A stretch of DNA of 26,271 nucleotides from Folioceros fuciformis. Its lineage: Eukaryota. Both the position numbers and the translations under genes were made by a program. Under the pieces are notes generated by a model. That model did not search any database and had not been told where the DNA came from. It worked only from the letters and a program-made list of their open reading frames with translations. Shown here piece after piece: positions 1 to 10,391 of the stretch. Position 1 is the stretch's first letter. Each line of letters opens with the position of its first letter. The stretch is from the NCBI GenBank assembly GCA_049999805.1, contig JBNGIO010006165.1, forward strand, positions 148,199 to 174,469, read 5' to 3'.

Positions 1-3000
1 ACGGATGCGTGGTGCGGGCCTGCGATCCAGATGATGGTTGTCAGGGTGTGCGTCAGGCTCTGTAGCGAGTCCAGCTTGGGCCACCAGGCCGCGCCCTTGA
101 AGTCCCCGTGTCCGACTTCCACCACCTCCTTCCACCAGGCTTGCAACTCAGTGTCCGCCTTCACCGCAGCATCCGAGTCCTTGTACGCCAGCCCAACGTA
201 CTTGCCCACCCAGGACTCGATCACGTCCCAGAGTTCCAGCCCGTCTTTGGCGAAGGGATAGTCCTCGATCGCCAGCTTCACGCCCCCCGGATGAGTGGAG
301 TCTGCTGGTTCTGCCATACCCCTGCCCACAAAAAATTGCACAGCACACAGTGTTCAACCCACCAGCTTGAATGCAGTTGAAAGGCTGGAGGAAGGATGAC
401 GCACATCATCGTGTACTGGCCACGATGAATGGCGCCATATGTCAGCCTCGTTTACCTGGAAATGAGGTCGGTGGGTAGGGCTTGTCTGTCGAACCTCCAC
501 TTGGCTCCATACACCACAGCACTCATCTCCATGCAGTAAGTGCCAGGGGTGAACGTCCTCTCGATGATGCCGTTGGAGTTGATGAGAGCCTGCCTCGCAG
601 CGCCATTGATGTTCATGGTGTTCCTGAAGTGGGGCAGCAGAAGGATGTGGATGGGATGGATAGCACTCAGCTGCCGGTGGGTTGCTATGATGATGGGTTC
701 CATCACTGCGTGCGTCTCCAGCCTGCAGGGCATCAGTGGGGCGTGATGAAGGAAGAAAGGAACGACATGACGGGCATGTTTGTATGGAATGCATTGTTGC
801 ACTAATAGAATACCAGTGGCTGACGAGCTCGTGGTAGCCGAAGTCAACAGTACTGGCGTGGATCTTTGCTAGCTCCCACAAGTAGTCCTTGTCCTCTGCA
901 TCCGCTGCCGGGGCAGTAAATACTCTCGAGGACTTCTCCAGAGCCAGCTCAATGGCGATAGGCTTCAGGGTGCCCTGGCTGGTGAGGAACAGAATGGTCC
1001 GGGGAGCATATCCCAGGCCTCTGCCTTGTTTGTTCTGCTTACCGATGTATGGCAAGAAGATATCGTGGTAGTCTACCGTGAACAGCCTCTTACCTTCTAT
1101 GGCCTGCACGAATGGTTCAAGAGAAAAGTACCAATGGGATCAGATGAAGGGTTGGCCAACTGCCGGTCCAGGATTGTGTCCCATCTTGGTCTACTACCTG
1201 GGCGACAGACAATCCCTCCAAGTATGGGAGAATGTGCTCGTCTGTGAGGGCCGTGCCTGGACCATACACCTCGGGATCCAGAGAGCTCTTGGGCGGGTAT
1301 TCCTGCATACGAACGAGTGTGTGAGCAGCAATCCGTGCAAGGTCTGCTTCGCACATGAGCCACCAGAGGCAGAGGATATCTGGCAATCATGGAGGATGGC
1401 AAGTGCGTGAGCTTTTGGTACTAACTTGGACGCGCTGAATGACGATTGGGTTGATCCCAGCCAAGGCCTGACGTCCGAATTCCTCGTCGGTACACCATGC
1501 TTTTTCATCAACTGCGAAAACACAAGCACAGGAAGGAAGGTTGTAGTCCACTGCCAATGGCAAAGAAGGTGACGTAACTCCACGATAAACAGAACGAAGG
1601 AATACGTGGAGAGCAGCAGCAAACCTCTGATGACATCGGGAACAGGGTACTTGATCAGGCTCTTGTTGTCGCCATCGCCGTTAAAGAACTGTGCGATGAG
1701 CGTGAATGGATTGGTGAAAGCCGGAGCGTCCTGCGGCACATCTCCGAAGCATCCCTTGAGGTTGAGACCTTGGTCGTACAGCTTCTTGATGTCCTTGAAG
1801 GTGTCAAAGTCATCGGGGGTGGTATCGAAGTAGGTGGATATGGCAGGCAGGATGGCGTGCGCCGCGGCCTTCACGGCGTCCGCCAACACGCTGGACGTTT
1901 TTTCCCGGCTGAAGATCTCATCTCTCGGGATGTAGAACTGCTCCAGCAGCGGTGACCCCACGTTGCTCTCCAGTTGAGGGGCTTCACCACACAGCGTTGC
2001 ACATTTCAATCGCCAACAATTCAGCATCAACTCATGGAACAAAAATCAGAAGCTCGCATAGGTCTGATCTCTACCGGTTTTGGAGGGAGGACGGCCGGTC
2101 CTGATGCGGCGAGGATATGGCAGGGCGGAGCCTCCCAGAATAGGCCGGATCGTGGAGGAGTCGCTGTCGGGATTGGAGAGGTCGTTGTACACGTCATAGT
2201 CGTAGATTCTCTCCCACGGCTCCCTCTCTCCTTTGCCATCTCCACGCTTGACCTGGAGCTCCAGTTCTCTCAACGCCTTGATTCCTGCGGGGGTTTCGCT
2301 CGGGACATAGGCCTGGCGCACGCATCGTGGAGTCACTGCCGAGACACTATCATGAATGCATTGGAGACAAAAAAGTGGATGGTAGCGGGTGTCACCTTGT
2401 TGGTGAAGAAGACGCGGTCGGCTGAGTATCGCGAGGTGTTGTAGACGACGGAATTGCAGGGGAACGTGAGCTTGGTCTTGTCCGCCAGCTCCAGCACCAG
2501 CGACCTGAGGAAGAACTCGTTGGGGTGGCCGTTCCTCACCAGGAATGCTCCAGGCACACCGAAGTCGGTGGGGACCTTGAAGGTGACGGTGAAGGAATCC
2601 TCGTCCGTGGCCACCTCCAGGGCTTCGGGCGTGAGGTCTTCCAACCCCCAGTTCTCGATCTTGGCAGTGTCGCTGAGCTTGGGCTGCCCTGTCTCTGCGC
2701 ATGACACGGAGCCATTCTCAGACCAGCTCAGTCTCGAGGGTATTCAACCCCATTTTCGTTGGCACATGTTACAAGAACGTTATCTGTTTCCTCAGGATTC
2801 CATGAAGCTTGAGACTAGCAACCATGCCCTCACTCACTTGGGTCCAAGTCGACGCTGACGAGCCGAAGTTCCACCTTATTGCCCACCAAGTCGGCGGCCA
2901 AATCCACAGCCTCAGCCGCTTTGTTCTGCAAATCCAGCAGATTCTTCTTGATCAGCACTACGGTGCCCTTGAGCTCCACGGTGGAAGAGGTAGTTTTGGA

Positions 3001-3276
3001 GCCATTTCCAAAGATTTTGGACAGAATCCCGCCGATAGCCCGCACCGAGACTGGGCCCGGGCTCCCTGCAGCCTGCCGATCACTGCCCGGAGGGCTTGAC
3101 ATTCTGGCCACTTTCGGGAATCCCAGGAGCGCTGTGCCGCTCAGGTCGGAGCCTCTGTAGCCCAGGCTAGCACAAGCCGTCGATGCCTGCCGCACTTTGC
3201 TACAGGAATCGATGGGGTTCGCAGCGATGGCTGCCGGAGCGGGAATGGACACCACGATCCCCGAAATGCTTGCCAT
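1..3276 (-). CDS. LOX: Lipoxygenase, type-II plastid 13-LOX (3' end lies outside the window)
   Basis: Exons on the minus strand: 3276-2838, 2694-2396, 2312-2075, 1981-1625, 1511-1426, 1302-1198, 1103-814, 722-456, 321-<1, all with GT-AG introns. N-terminal S/A/R-rich transit peptide (MASISGIVV...), PLAT domain ([19 protein letters not shown]), [35 protein letters not shown], Fe-ligand region [16 protein letters not shown], and IIERTFTPG (TF = 13-LOX determinant). Confidence 0.96.
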
Positions 3277-6200
3277 TTCTGAGAAGATCTTCCGCAGTCT
3301 GCAACTAGGTAGTTGCGTGCAGAGTTTGGATACACACTTACGCACACCTCGTTGGCGCAAAAGACTGACAGACAGCCAACAACCAGGCTCGCCCAGCTGT
3401 AATGCCTGCGAAGGCACCATCCACATGGTATGAATCCCACACCACTAGCCTACCAGTGTCTCCATAATAACACCAACGGCAAAGGACGCAACTAGCACTC
3501 TCCATCCCACGCACGCTCCACAGTGCCAACACGCACTTAGTCTATAATTCGTCACACCAACAAACCAGGCACGACGTACCGCAGGTTCAACAACCCCGGG
3601 CTCCCCTCAATTCCTTCCTCCAGACGCTTCGAGCTCGGTCAGTACCCACCTCATCCAAGACTAGTCAGACGCTTGCAAATTCCTGGCCTCTCCCACCTGA
3701 CAAGGACGTAAGAGACAAAGTCTGCACCCTCAGCCTCCTTCGCGTTTGCGGAAGACACGAAAATTGCTCCTCTGCATGTGACGAAAAAAGAGGAAGAGCG
3801 GACGAGGTTGGTCAGATCTGACTCGGATGGAATCACTAGGAAACTCAAGGCAGCACGGGGCGCCGCAATTGCCAATTACCACGAGCTAAGGGCCGGCCCG
3901 ACTCTGTCAATCCGCCGACTTCGTGTTTGGACAGGCCTGATGGCGAAGACTCGGAACCTTGACGGTGTCTGTTTCGCGCATATATTTGCACGGTTTGATG
4001 GGGCAACAGAGCAACCAACCCAGGTGCGGAGGACTGCCGATCAGCTTGACTGCTTAGGGGCACTTTATGCATCACAGTGGAGCTCCATGTGTAAAAGGGG
4101 AGGGGAGGAGAAACATTATTTATCTTATTCAACGTCCAGAGAAATCTGCAAGAAGTATCCGCCAATCTCCACAGCACGTGGTTCGGACCCTTCCTGGCAC
4201 ACAGGGCTGCTAGGAAACATCCTAGACCTATCTCGGATTTCTCCATCACTCCTGCCAAACCTGTCCTCACATAAAGATTCCTTCATATCATAGAGGCAGA
4301 TGGTGGGCCAGCTGCGGCAACAGCAGTTCAAAGTCTCTCTCTCCCTGACGGTGCTTGGTTGACGGGGCATCCTCACAGTCACAAGTCGGCAACAGGCAGC
4401 AGGGAAGACGGAATCGGTACGGCCTTGGCCAGCGACTCGCCCAATCGCTCATAGTCCGATCCCAGCCTACCGTTGTTCCAGCATGTTCTCCTTCTCCCAA
4501 TCTCCCTTGTCTGAACTCTCACTGAAGATCTGTCACCTTATCTCCATCGATGGTGCGTGTGGTGATGTGGCAGTGAAATCTTTACTTTGAAACTTTTAAT
4601 TTTCACATGGGTTGGCTGGACGTTTTTCAGAATCCTGCTTTCCACCTTGAGGTTTGGCAATGCTTTCCCCTTGACATGCTTGATTGCAAGCTGCGACTCG
4701 TCTGCAACTACGCCTCCTACCACAGGGCAAGTGGAATCACTATTGTGGAACTTTTCAAGACGTCAGTGGCCAGCTCTCGACCCCTTTAAAGGTGCCTGGT
4801 TCATAAAACGTCAGCTTTACAGGTGGTGTGCTTGGGTGATGGTACTGGTGTGACATCCACCCACCACTGGGCCTGTCAACAAAGACGTTCCTGGAAGCAA
4901 GCCCGGATATGCTCGAGGTACTTCTTGCGCATGTTTCACATGCTGACGTAAACGAAAGCGTTTCATGGATGTCCTCGCAGCTCACTCCCAATACATCCAG
5001 AGTGTCGTGTTTGTGATGTATCGCGGAACTACGTTGCTCACAATTTCGCTGGGCGGCTGCCTGAAAGAGATATTCTTTTCTAGATGCAGAGAACTGGCCT
5101 TCCGGGATGTATCCTGTTGTGAGCGATGCAAGAGACAACGGTGAAAGTCAAGTGCAGAAGTGAGAATTGGGGTCGAAGCATGTCTTGTAATTCATAACCT
5201 CAGACCAAAAGGAGGCATCAGAAAATCGTTAAAGAAAACGTTGGCCCACATGAGCGTAGCCCAGGGAGCATGATCCTGTCGGCGGTGTACCCAATCTATG
5301 CCTTGGTCTCTTTACTTCCCACTGCTGACTAACGACATCGCTTTCAGTTTTTGCAGGTCTTAGATCCTGTTGCAAATCTGCGAATTGTTGTGGCGAGTAC
5401 TTCATGTGCAGTGTGGTTGCATCTTTGGCCACACTTTTGTCTTAAGCAGTCAAGGTGAGAGGCAGGCTTGAGTGGTCCCTATGACTCTGTTGGAGCATCG
5501 CAAAATGTCTTGAAAGCAGCTCATCAGCCTGCTCGCCGGCAGGCAGGAATGATCCTGGGGAGTTAACTGACCAGGCTCTGAGGTCCCCTCCTACAAGTGT
5601 CACCAGAAAGAAATTAGGAGCTGTCAATGTCTTTGCAAGAAACACAGCAGAGGATGGTCGACTGTGAAGAGCACTGAATTGGCGGTGTCCTAACTCAGGA
5701 ACAAGCACCGTCAGTGTCTGTCTAAATGGTGGCTTAGGCCGAACGGACACATTTATACCAGTGAACTTTTTTTTCTTCATCTTCTTCGACTACACCGAAT
5801 TGTGTAGCTGGAGTACCCACAGAGATCAGCTTCATGACCTAGTTTGCATCACTTTTGCATAGAGATGACCCATCCCGTGAATTCTCCAAAGGAAGGCCAA
5901 AGGTGCTCACACTTGCGCATGCTGCAGAACGCACACAAGGGCGGCCACGACTTCGTCATACACCGGACTGTGAGGACTACGAGTTTCTCGCCCTGCCCCT
6001 TCTACGCATACGCTGCAGGCACGGCGTTTCAAGTCAGTCAAAACATCTTTCTGACCGGGTCTGTCACTTCCAGCTGCCATCCAGCTGCCAGAGTGGCGCC
6101 AAGTGTTCACCAAGGACAAGCTCATGACGTTTAACGGCAGTGGACAACACATCAGCGTTCATCTGTTGCCCAAGTTTCAAGTTATCCCATCGCACAAGCG

Positions 6201-6895
6201 TCCAGGCAAAAATACATGGCCATCCAGCTTCCCACACGGTATGCGCATCCTACGATACAATCCCCTAGGGTTTAGGCTGCAGTCCGGGTCCATCCTCAGA
6301 AATTTGTGGCAGACACTGTGAAAGGTTGAACCCTTTGCCCATTTATTGCCGCGGAGAGTCCATTTTCTGAAAAGGGAGAAAGGCCCTGCTCAGTCTCGGA
6401 AAAACCGAGGACATTTTGGTTGGGTTTTTATCTTGGCCGTTTCCTGGTGGCATGGAACGATGTGTCCCAAACCACGTCGACTGGTTCGTCAGACGTCGAG
6501 GAATGAGAACTCCTGGTGACGATTTATCCCCTGGGGTGTCTTGATGTATTTTCAAACTACTGAATTGGTCAAGAAAGAGCTGATTTGTGATCCAAGACGT
6601 AGCCTGTGCTTGCATCCTTTCGTCTGCAACTTACCAGGGGTATGGGTCGAACACGAATGAGTTCAAGAGGTGTGCTTCTCGTGCCAGGCTACCACATGAA
6701 CGTTCTCGATATAGTTGCCAAACCAGGTGCCTTGACATGGTCTGTCATAGTTTCTGAGCGTGTTATGCCAAGTACTGGCAAGTACAAAACAGGCCTCTGC
6801 ATGTACGGATTTCGTCAACAAGATGCATTGGATTAGATCGGCGAAGGAGGGAAAGGGATGGGGTATGGATTGACGTCGTGGAAAAAGGCAAGCAG

Positions 6896-9340
6896 TCAGT
6901 GTCGATCGCCACAAGAGCAGGAGCCACCAAGGAACCGATGCACTCTATGAGCATCTCGCACTATGATCGCTCGGTTCTCAAGACGGGACATGATCTTGGT
7001 GCTACTGTGGCAGTCATTGCACATACGGAGATTTTTGGTCACCAACAGAGTTGCGCCTTCTCCTGTGTGGAGCAGACCATATGCCAACGCCAGTTTCTCT
7101 GCGTGTCCACATAGGGAGTCCTCTTTGTCCTGCTCAGAGACTGACTTCAGCACCAATTCAGTCTGCGGCACGTGGCCTCCTTCCCTCAATCTAAGATTCA
7201 CACCCTTTAGTGTCGACGAAATATCAGCTCTGTCTTCTCCTACTCTAAACTCGTGCACCTGACTCTCCACTTCAATGCACGCCCTGGCAGCCTTCTTCTT
7301 AGCTCCTGCTGACTTTCTCAAGCTTTCAACTCTGTCCACATCCTCCCACCTGTCTGCACTCGCATAGATATTGCTCAAGAGCACATAGGAGCTTGCATCG
7401 TCTGCTTCCAAAGCTACAAGATGCTCAAAACATCGTCTTCCACACTCCAAGTCACTGAAGCTTCTGCAAGCAGTCAGCAAGGCTGTCCAACCAACGACAT
7501 CGTCTGTAACTGGCGCAGTTAGTAACATGCTTTCGGCCTCGTTCAGATAGCCTGACCGACCGAGGAGGTCAACAATGCAGTTATAGTGATCATGAGTTGG
7601 AATGATTTCATGCTCCTCTACCATCAGCCTGAAATAGTGCTGGCCTTCGAGAACCAAGCCATCATGGCTGCATGCCACCAACAGCGAAACAAACGTAGTT
7701 CCATCTGGCTGGATACCTTGATCCAGCATCACTTCGAAAAGCTGTATTGCCATCCGACCAAGGCCATGTTCAGCATACCCATTAAGCATGGCATTCCATG
7801 TCACCACATCTCTGGTGGGCAATTCATCAAACACCCTGCGAGAATCTTCCAAGCACCCACATTTCGCATACATGTCAACTAGGCAGTTGCCAACCAGCAC
7901 ATTCGCTTCTAGGCCTTGTTCACGAATTTGCTGGTGAAGTTCTTTGCCCTGCTGCAAGGCTCCCACACTGGCGCACGCTTGAAGCAGGCACACAAACGTG
8001 ACACGATTGGCCGGAGTCAAGCCATTGTGCTGCATACTTGCATGAAGAGCCAGGGCCTCTCGCCCCAGCCCCTCTTGGCTGTATCCTGCAATCATGGCAG
8101 TCCATGTCACCACGTCTTTTGTGGGCAGGCTGTCGAACACCTTTCGAGCATCCTCCAAGCTTTGGCATTTGGCGTACATGTTCACCAGGCTGGTGCCAAT
8201 TACAGCATCAGCTTCCAGACCTTCCTTCCGAATGTCCGAGTGAAGCTGCTTCCCCTGTTGAATGTCTCCCACACTGGCGCACGCTTGAAGTAGTGACACA
8301 TATGTGACATTATCTGCTGGCGTCAAGCCCTCCTGCTGCATACTTGCATAGAGAGCCAGAGCTTCTTGCCCGAGCCCCTGCTGACTGTATCCTGCTATCA
8401 TAGCATTCCATGTCACCACATTTCTTACAGGCAAGGTGTCAAACACTTGGCGAGCTTCCTCCAAGCTCCCGCATTTGGCATACATGCTCACCAGGCTGGA
8501 GGCCACAAAATGATTAGCCCTCACGGAGCTGGCCCTGATATCCGCATGCACCTGCTTCCCAGCAACCAGGTCCTCGGCAGCAGCACACGCCTTCAGAACT
8601 GCCACGTAGATGTGGTTGTCCGGCCTCACACCTGCCTCTATCATCCGCCGATAAAGATCAATAGCTTGCGCAGGCTGCCGATGTCGAGCATGAGCCAAAA
8701 TAATTGAGGCCCACATGTACACGTCCGGGGTAGCCACCCTGGTGAAGACCTGCCCGGCCTCCTCCAACTTGCCCTGAGCAGCATACATACAGATGAAATG
8801 GTTGGCCAAGAAAGCGTCTGACTCGTACCCCGCTCTGACAGCAAGAGCATGAACTCGCCTGGCAAGCACCAAATCCTGGTGCTGGACACACTTTTTGATC
8901 ACGAGGTAGAACACGAAGTTGGAAGCAGGGCATCCCGGCTGCTGCACCAGGAGCTCCAACGCTTCCACAGCCTCCGTCAACCCTCCCTCCTCGCAACGGG
9001 TCCTCAACCATCCAACCAGCTGCGAATCCACGCAACCCGGATGGTGTGGGATTCGGAGCCACAGCGGCTCCTTGGAAGCCTTGTGCCTGAAGTCAGGATG
9101 ATGGGGGCTCCTCTTGTCCCGCCTATCGTCCCACCACTGAGTAGGGTCGGAGAGGAATTGGTGCCACAAGACATCCTGCCGCTGCACCTTCTCCTTGAGG
9201 GCCATCAATTCCTGAGCGGTACAGCTCCCCGCAGCTCCAGCTCCAAATGGGCCCGCCGGCACCACATGAGCTGCAGGCTGCAGCTTCCCCAACCCCTGCT
9301 GCACTGGCATCACCAGCGGCAAATCCAACGGCCTGGCCAT
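6896..9340 (-). CDS. PLS-class PPR-E1-E2-DYW (DRH / DYW:KP-like) organellar RNA editing factor with N-terminal OSB-like PDF motif
   Basis: 814-aa intronless ORF with 14 clear P/L/S motifs (e.g. VVTWNAMIAGY, SLVSMYAKCG), E1/E2, and a deaminase-fold domain with HAEKLA...CNDCH ending in DRH. aa 58-108 contain LWHQFLSDPTQWWDDRRDKRSPHHPDFRHKASKEPLWL. The true start codon is uncertain. Confidence 0.95.
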   Translation of the reverse strand: MARPLDLPLVMPVQQGLGKLQPAAHVVPAGPFGAGAAGSCTAQELMALKEKVQRQDVLWHQFLSDPTQWWDDRRDKRSPHHPDFRHKASKEPLWLRIPHHPGCVDSQLVGWLRTRCEEGGLTEAVEALELLVQQPGCPASNFVFYLVIKKCVQHQDLVLARRVHALAVRAGYESDAFLANHFICMYAAQGKLEEAGQVFTRVATPDVYMWASIILAHARHRQPAQAIDLYRRMIEAGVRPDNHIYVAVLKACAAAEDLVAGKQVHADIRASSVRANHFVASSLVSMYAKCGSLEEARQVFDTLPVRNVVTWNAMIAGYSQQGLGQEALALYASMQQEGLTPADNVTYVSLLQACASVGDIQQGKQLHSDIRKEGLEADAVIGTSLVNMYAKCQSLEDARKVFDSLPTKDVVTWTAMIAGYSQEGLGREALALHASMQHNGLTPANRVTFVCLLQACASVGALQQGKELHQQIREQGLEANVLVGNCLVDMYAKCGCLEDSRRVFDELPTRDVVTWNAMLNGYAEHGLGRMAIQLFEVMLDQGIQPDGTTFVSLLVACSHDGLVLEGQHYFRLMVEEHEIIPTHDHYNCIVDLLGRSGYLNEAESMLLTAPVTDDVVGWTALLTACRSFSDLECGRRCFEHLVALEADDASSYVLLSNIYASADRWEDVDRVESLRKSAGAKKKAARACIEVESQVHEFRVGEDRADISSTLKGVNLRLREGGHVPQTELVLKSVSEQDKEDSLCGHAEKLALAYGLLHTGEGATLLVTKNLRMCNDCHSSTKIMSRLENRAIIVRDAHRVHRFLGGSCSCGDRH

Positions 9341-9843
9341 AGTCTCCTACCTGCTCCACCTCAGGCACCATGCCCGCTAACACTGTTACATTCTGTGCCC
9401 TCCCGAGGTATCTGCGAGGGACCCGTGCCCCGCTCCACAACCGGGCTCGAACAGGAGGCTCTTGTACAAGCTTTACTCTCAAACACGGGAAATTACAGTA
9501 TATAGTGGAGGTTTTTACAGACTGAGACCACTAGCCATTCCTAAAGTCCGCTTGTTCTTCATGCACAGCCCACCCAGGGCATCGACACGAAAAGGATAAA
9601 CAACATGGTGGACCATCGGAAGGTTCTCAAAATGAACTAATGCAAGATGGGGAGACTGTATGTCACGAGTGTGTACCCAGAAAGGATGGGACGGTCCCTC
9701 AACACCTGAGCAGTCTGGAAGAAGATCCACATTCACTACCGAATTACCAGAGTTCCGCTATGGTTCCGCTCTCACTATATCGGTCAATCCAAGAGGTGTG
9801 GCACTACACCTCCTCGGATACGAAGTCTGATCTAATGGGGGCA

Positions 9844-9900
9844 ATTTGAAAAGAAGACAAGACACTTGACAACACATTTGAAAAGAAGACAAGACACTTG
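9844..9900. repeat. Direct repeat (25-bp identical unit, 32-bp period) abutting an assembly gap
   Basis: ATTTGAAAAGAAGACAAGACACTTG at 9844-9868 and 9876-9900, immediately followed by Ns. Confidence 0.9.
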
Positions 9901-9910
9901 NNNNNNNNNN
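9901..9910. other. Assembly gap (10 N)
   Basis: Run of n at 9901-9910. Confidence 1.
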
Positions 9911-10132
9911 TGTGAAAAACCTTGAAAAGTTCTTGCCCATCCCCCTTGCCCCTCTTGCAGGGAAGAATATTTATGGACTGTAGCTGTTGCACAACCCTCT
10001 GCCACCCAACTAGAGGGGTTGATGATGTGCTCATAGATTGAATTGAATAGGATCTGTAACAATCACATCAACGACACAAACTTGTTCCCCTAATGAGAAA
10101 AAGGTCAACTCTAAGTGAAACCCCATTGAGAA

Positions 10133-10391
10133 CATGGGTGACAATGCGGTGCCTCCAACAGGAGAACGGGACCCTCTATCGACCATAGAGGACAACAGGA
10201 CCCTCTATCGACCATGGAGGACAACGGGACCCTCTATCGATCATGGCAACCCCGAATTGTATCATGGGCGACAATGTAGTGTCCCCAACAGGACAATGGG
10301 ACCCTCTATCCACAGTGGCAACCCACAATTGCAACAGGACCGGCAACCCACAATTGCAACAGGACCCTCTATCCACACTGGCAACCCACAA
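10133..10391. repeat. Degenerate minisatellite, core GGACCCTCTATC
   Basis: Core at 10169, 10198, 10227 (29-bp period), 10299 and 10362. Higher-order copy 10133-10180 vs 10263-10310. GGCAACCCACAATTGCAACAGGACC occurs twice. Confidence 0.85.

Noticed and set aside
3277-3426. N-terminal extension of LOX in the ORF track
   Set aside because: The downstream ATG at 3276 (MAS..., AAATGGC context) gives a typical transit peptide. The extension is probably 5'UTR.
8849-9505. 218-aa plus-strand ORF
   Set aside because: Antisense shadow of the GC-rich PPR gene, with no recognisable domain.
10133-10391. CRISPR-like repeat-spacer appearance
   Set aside because: The spacers are short and similar to each other, the context is eukaryotic and there are no cas genes. 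It is a minisatellite.
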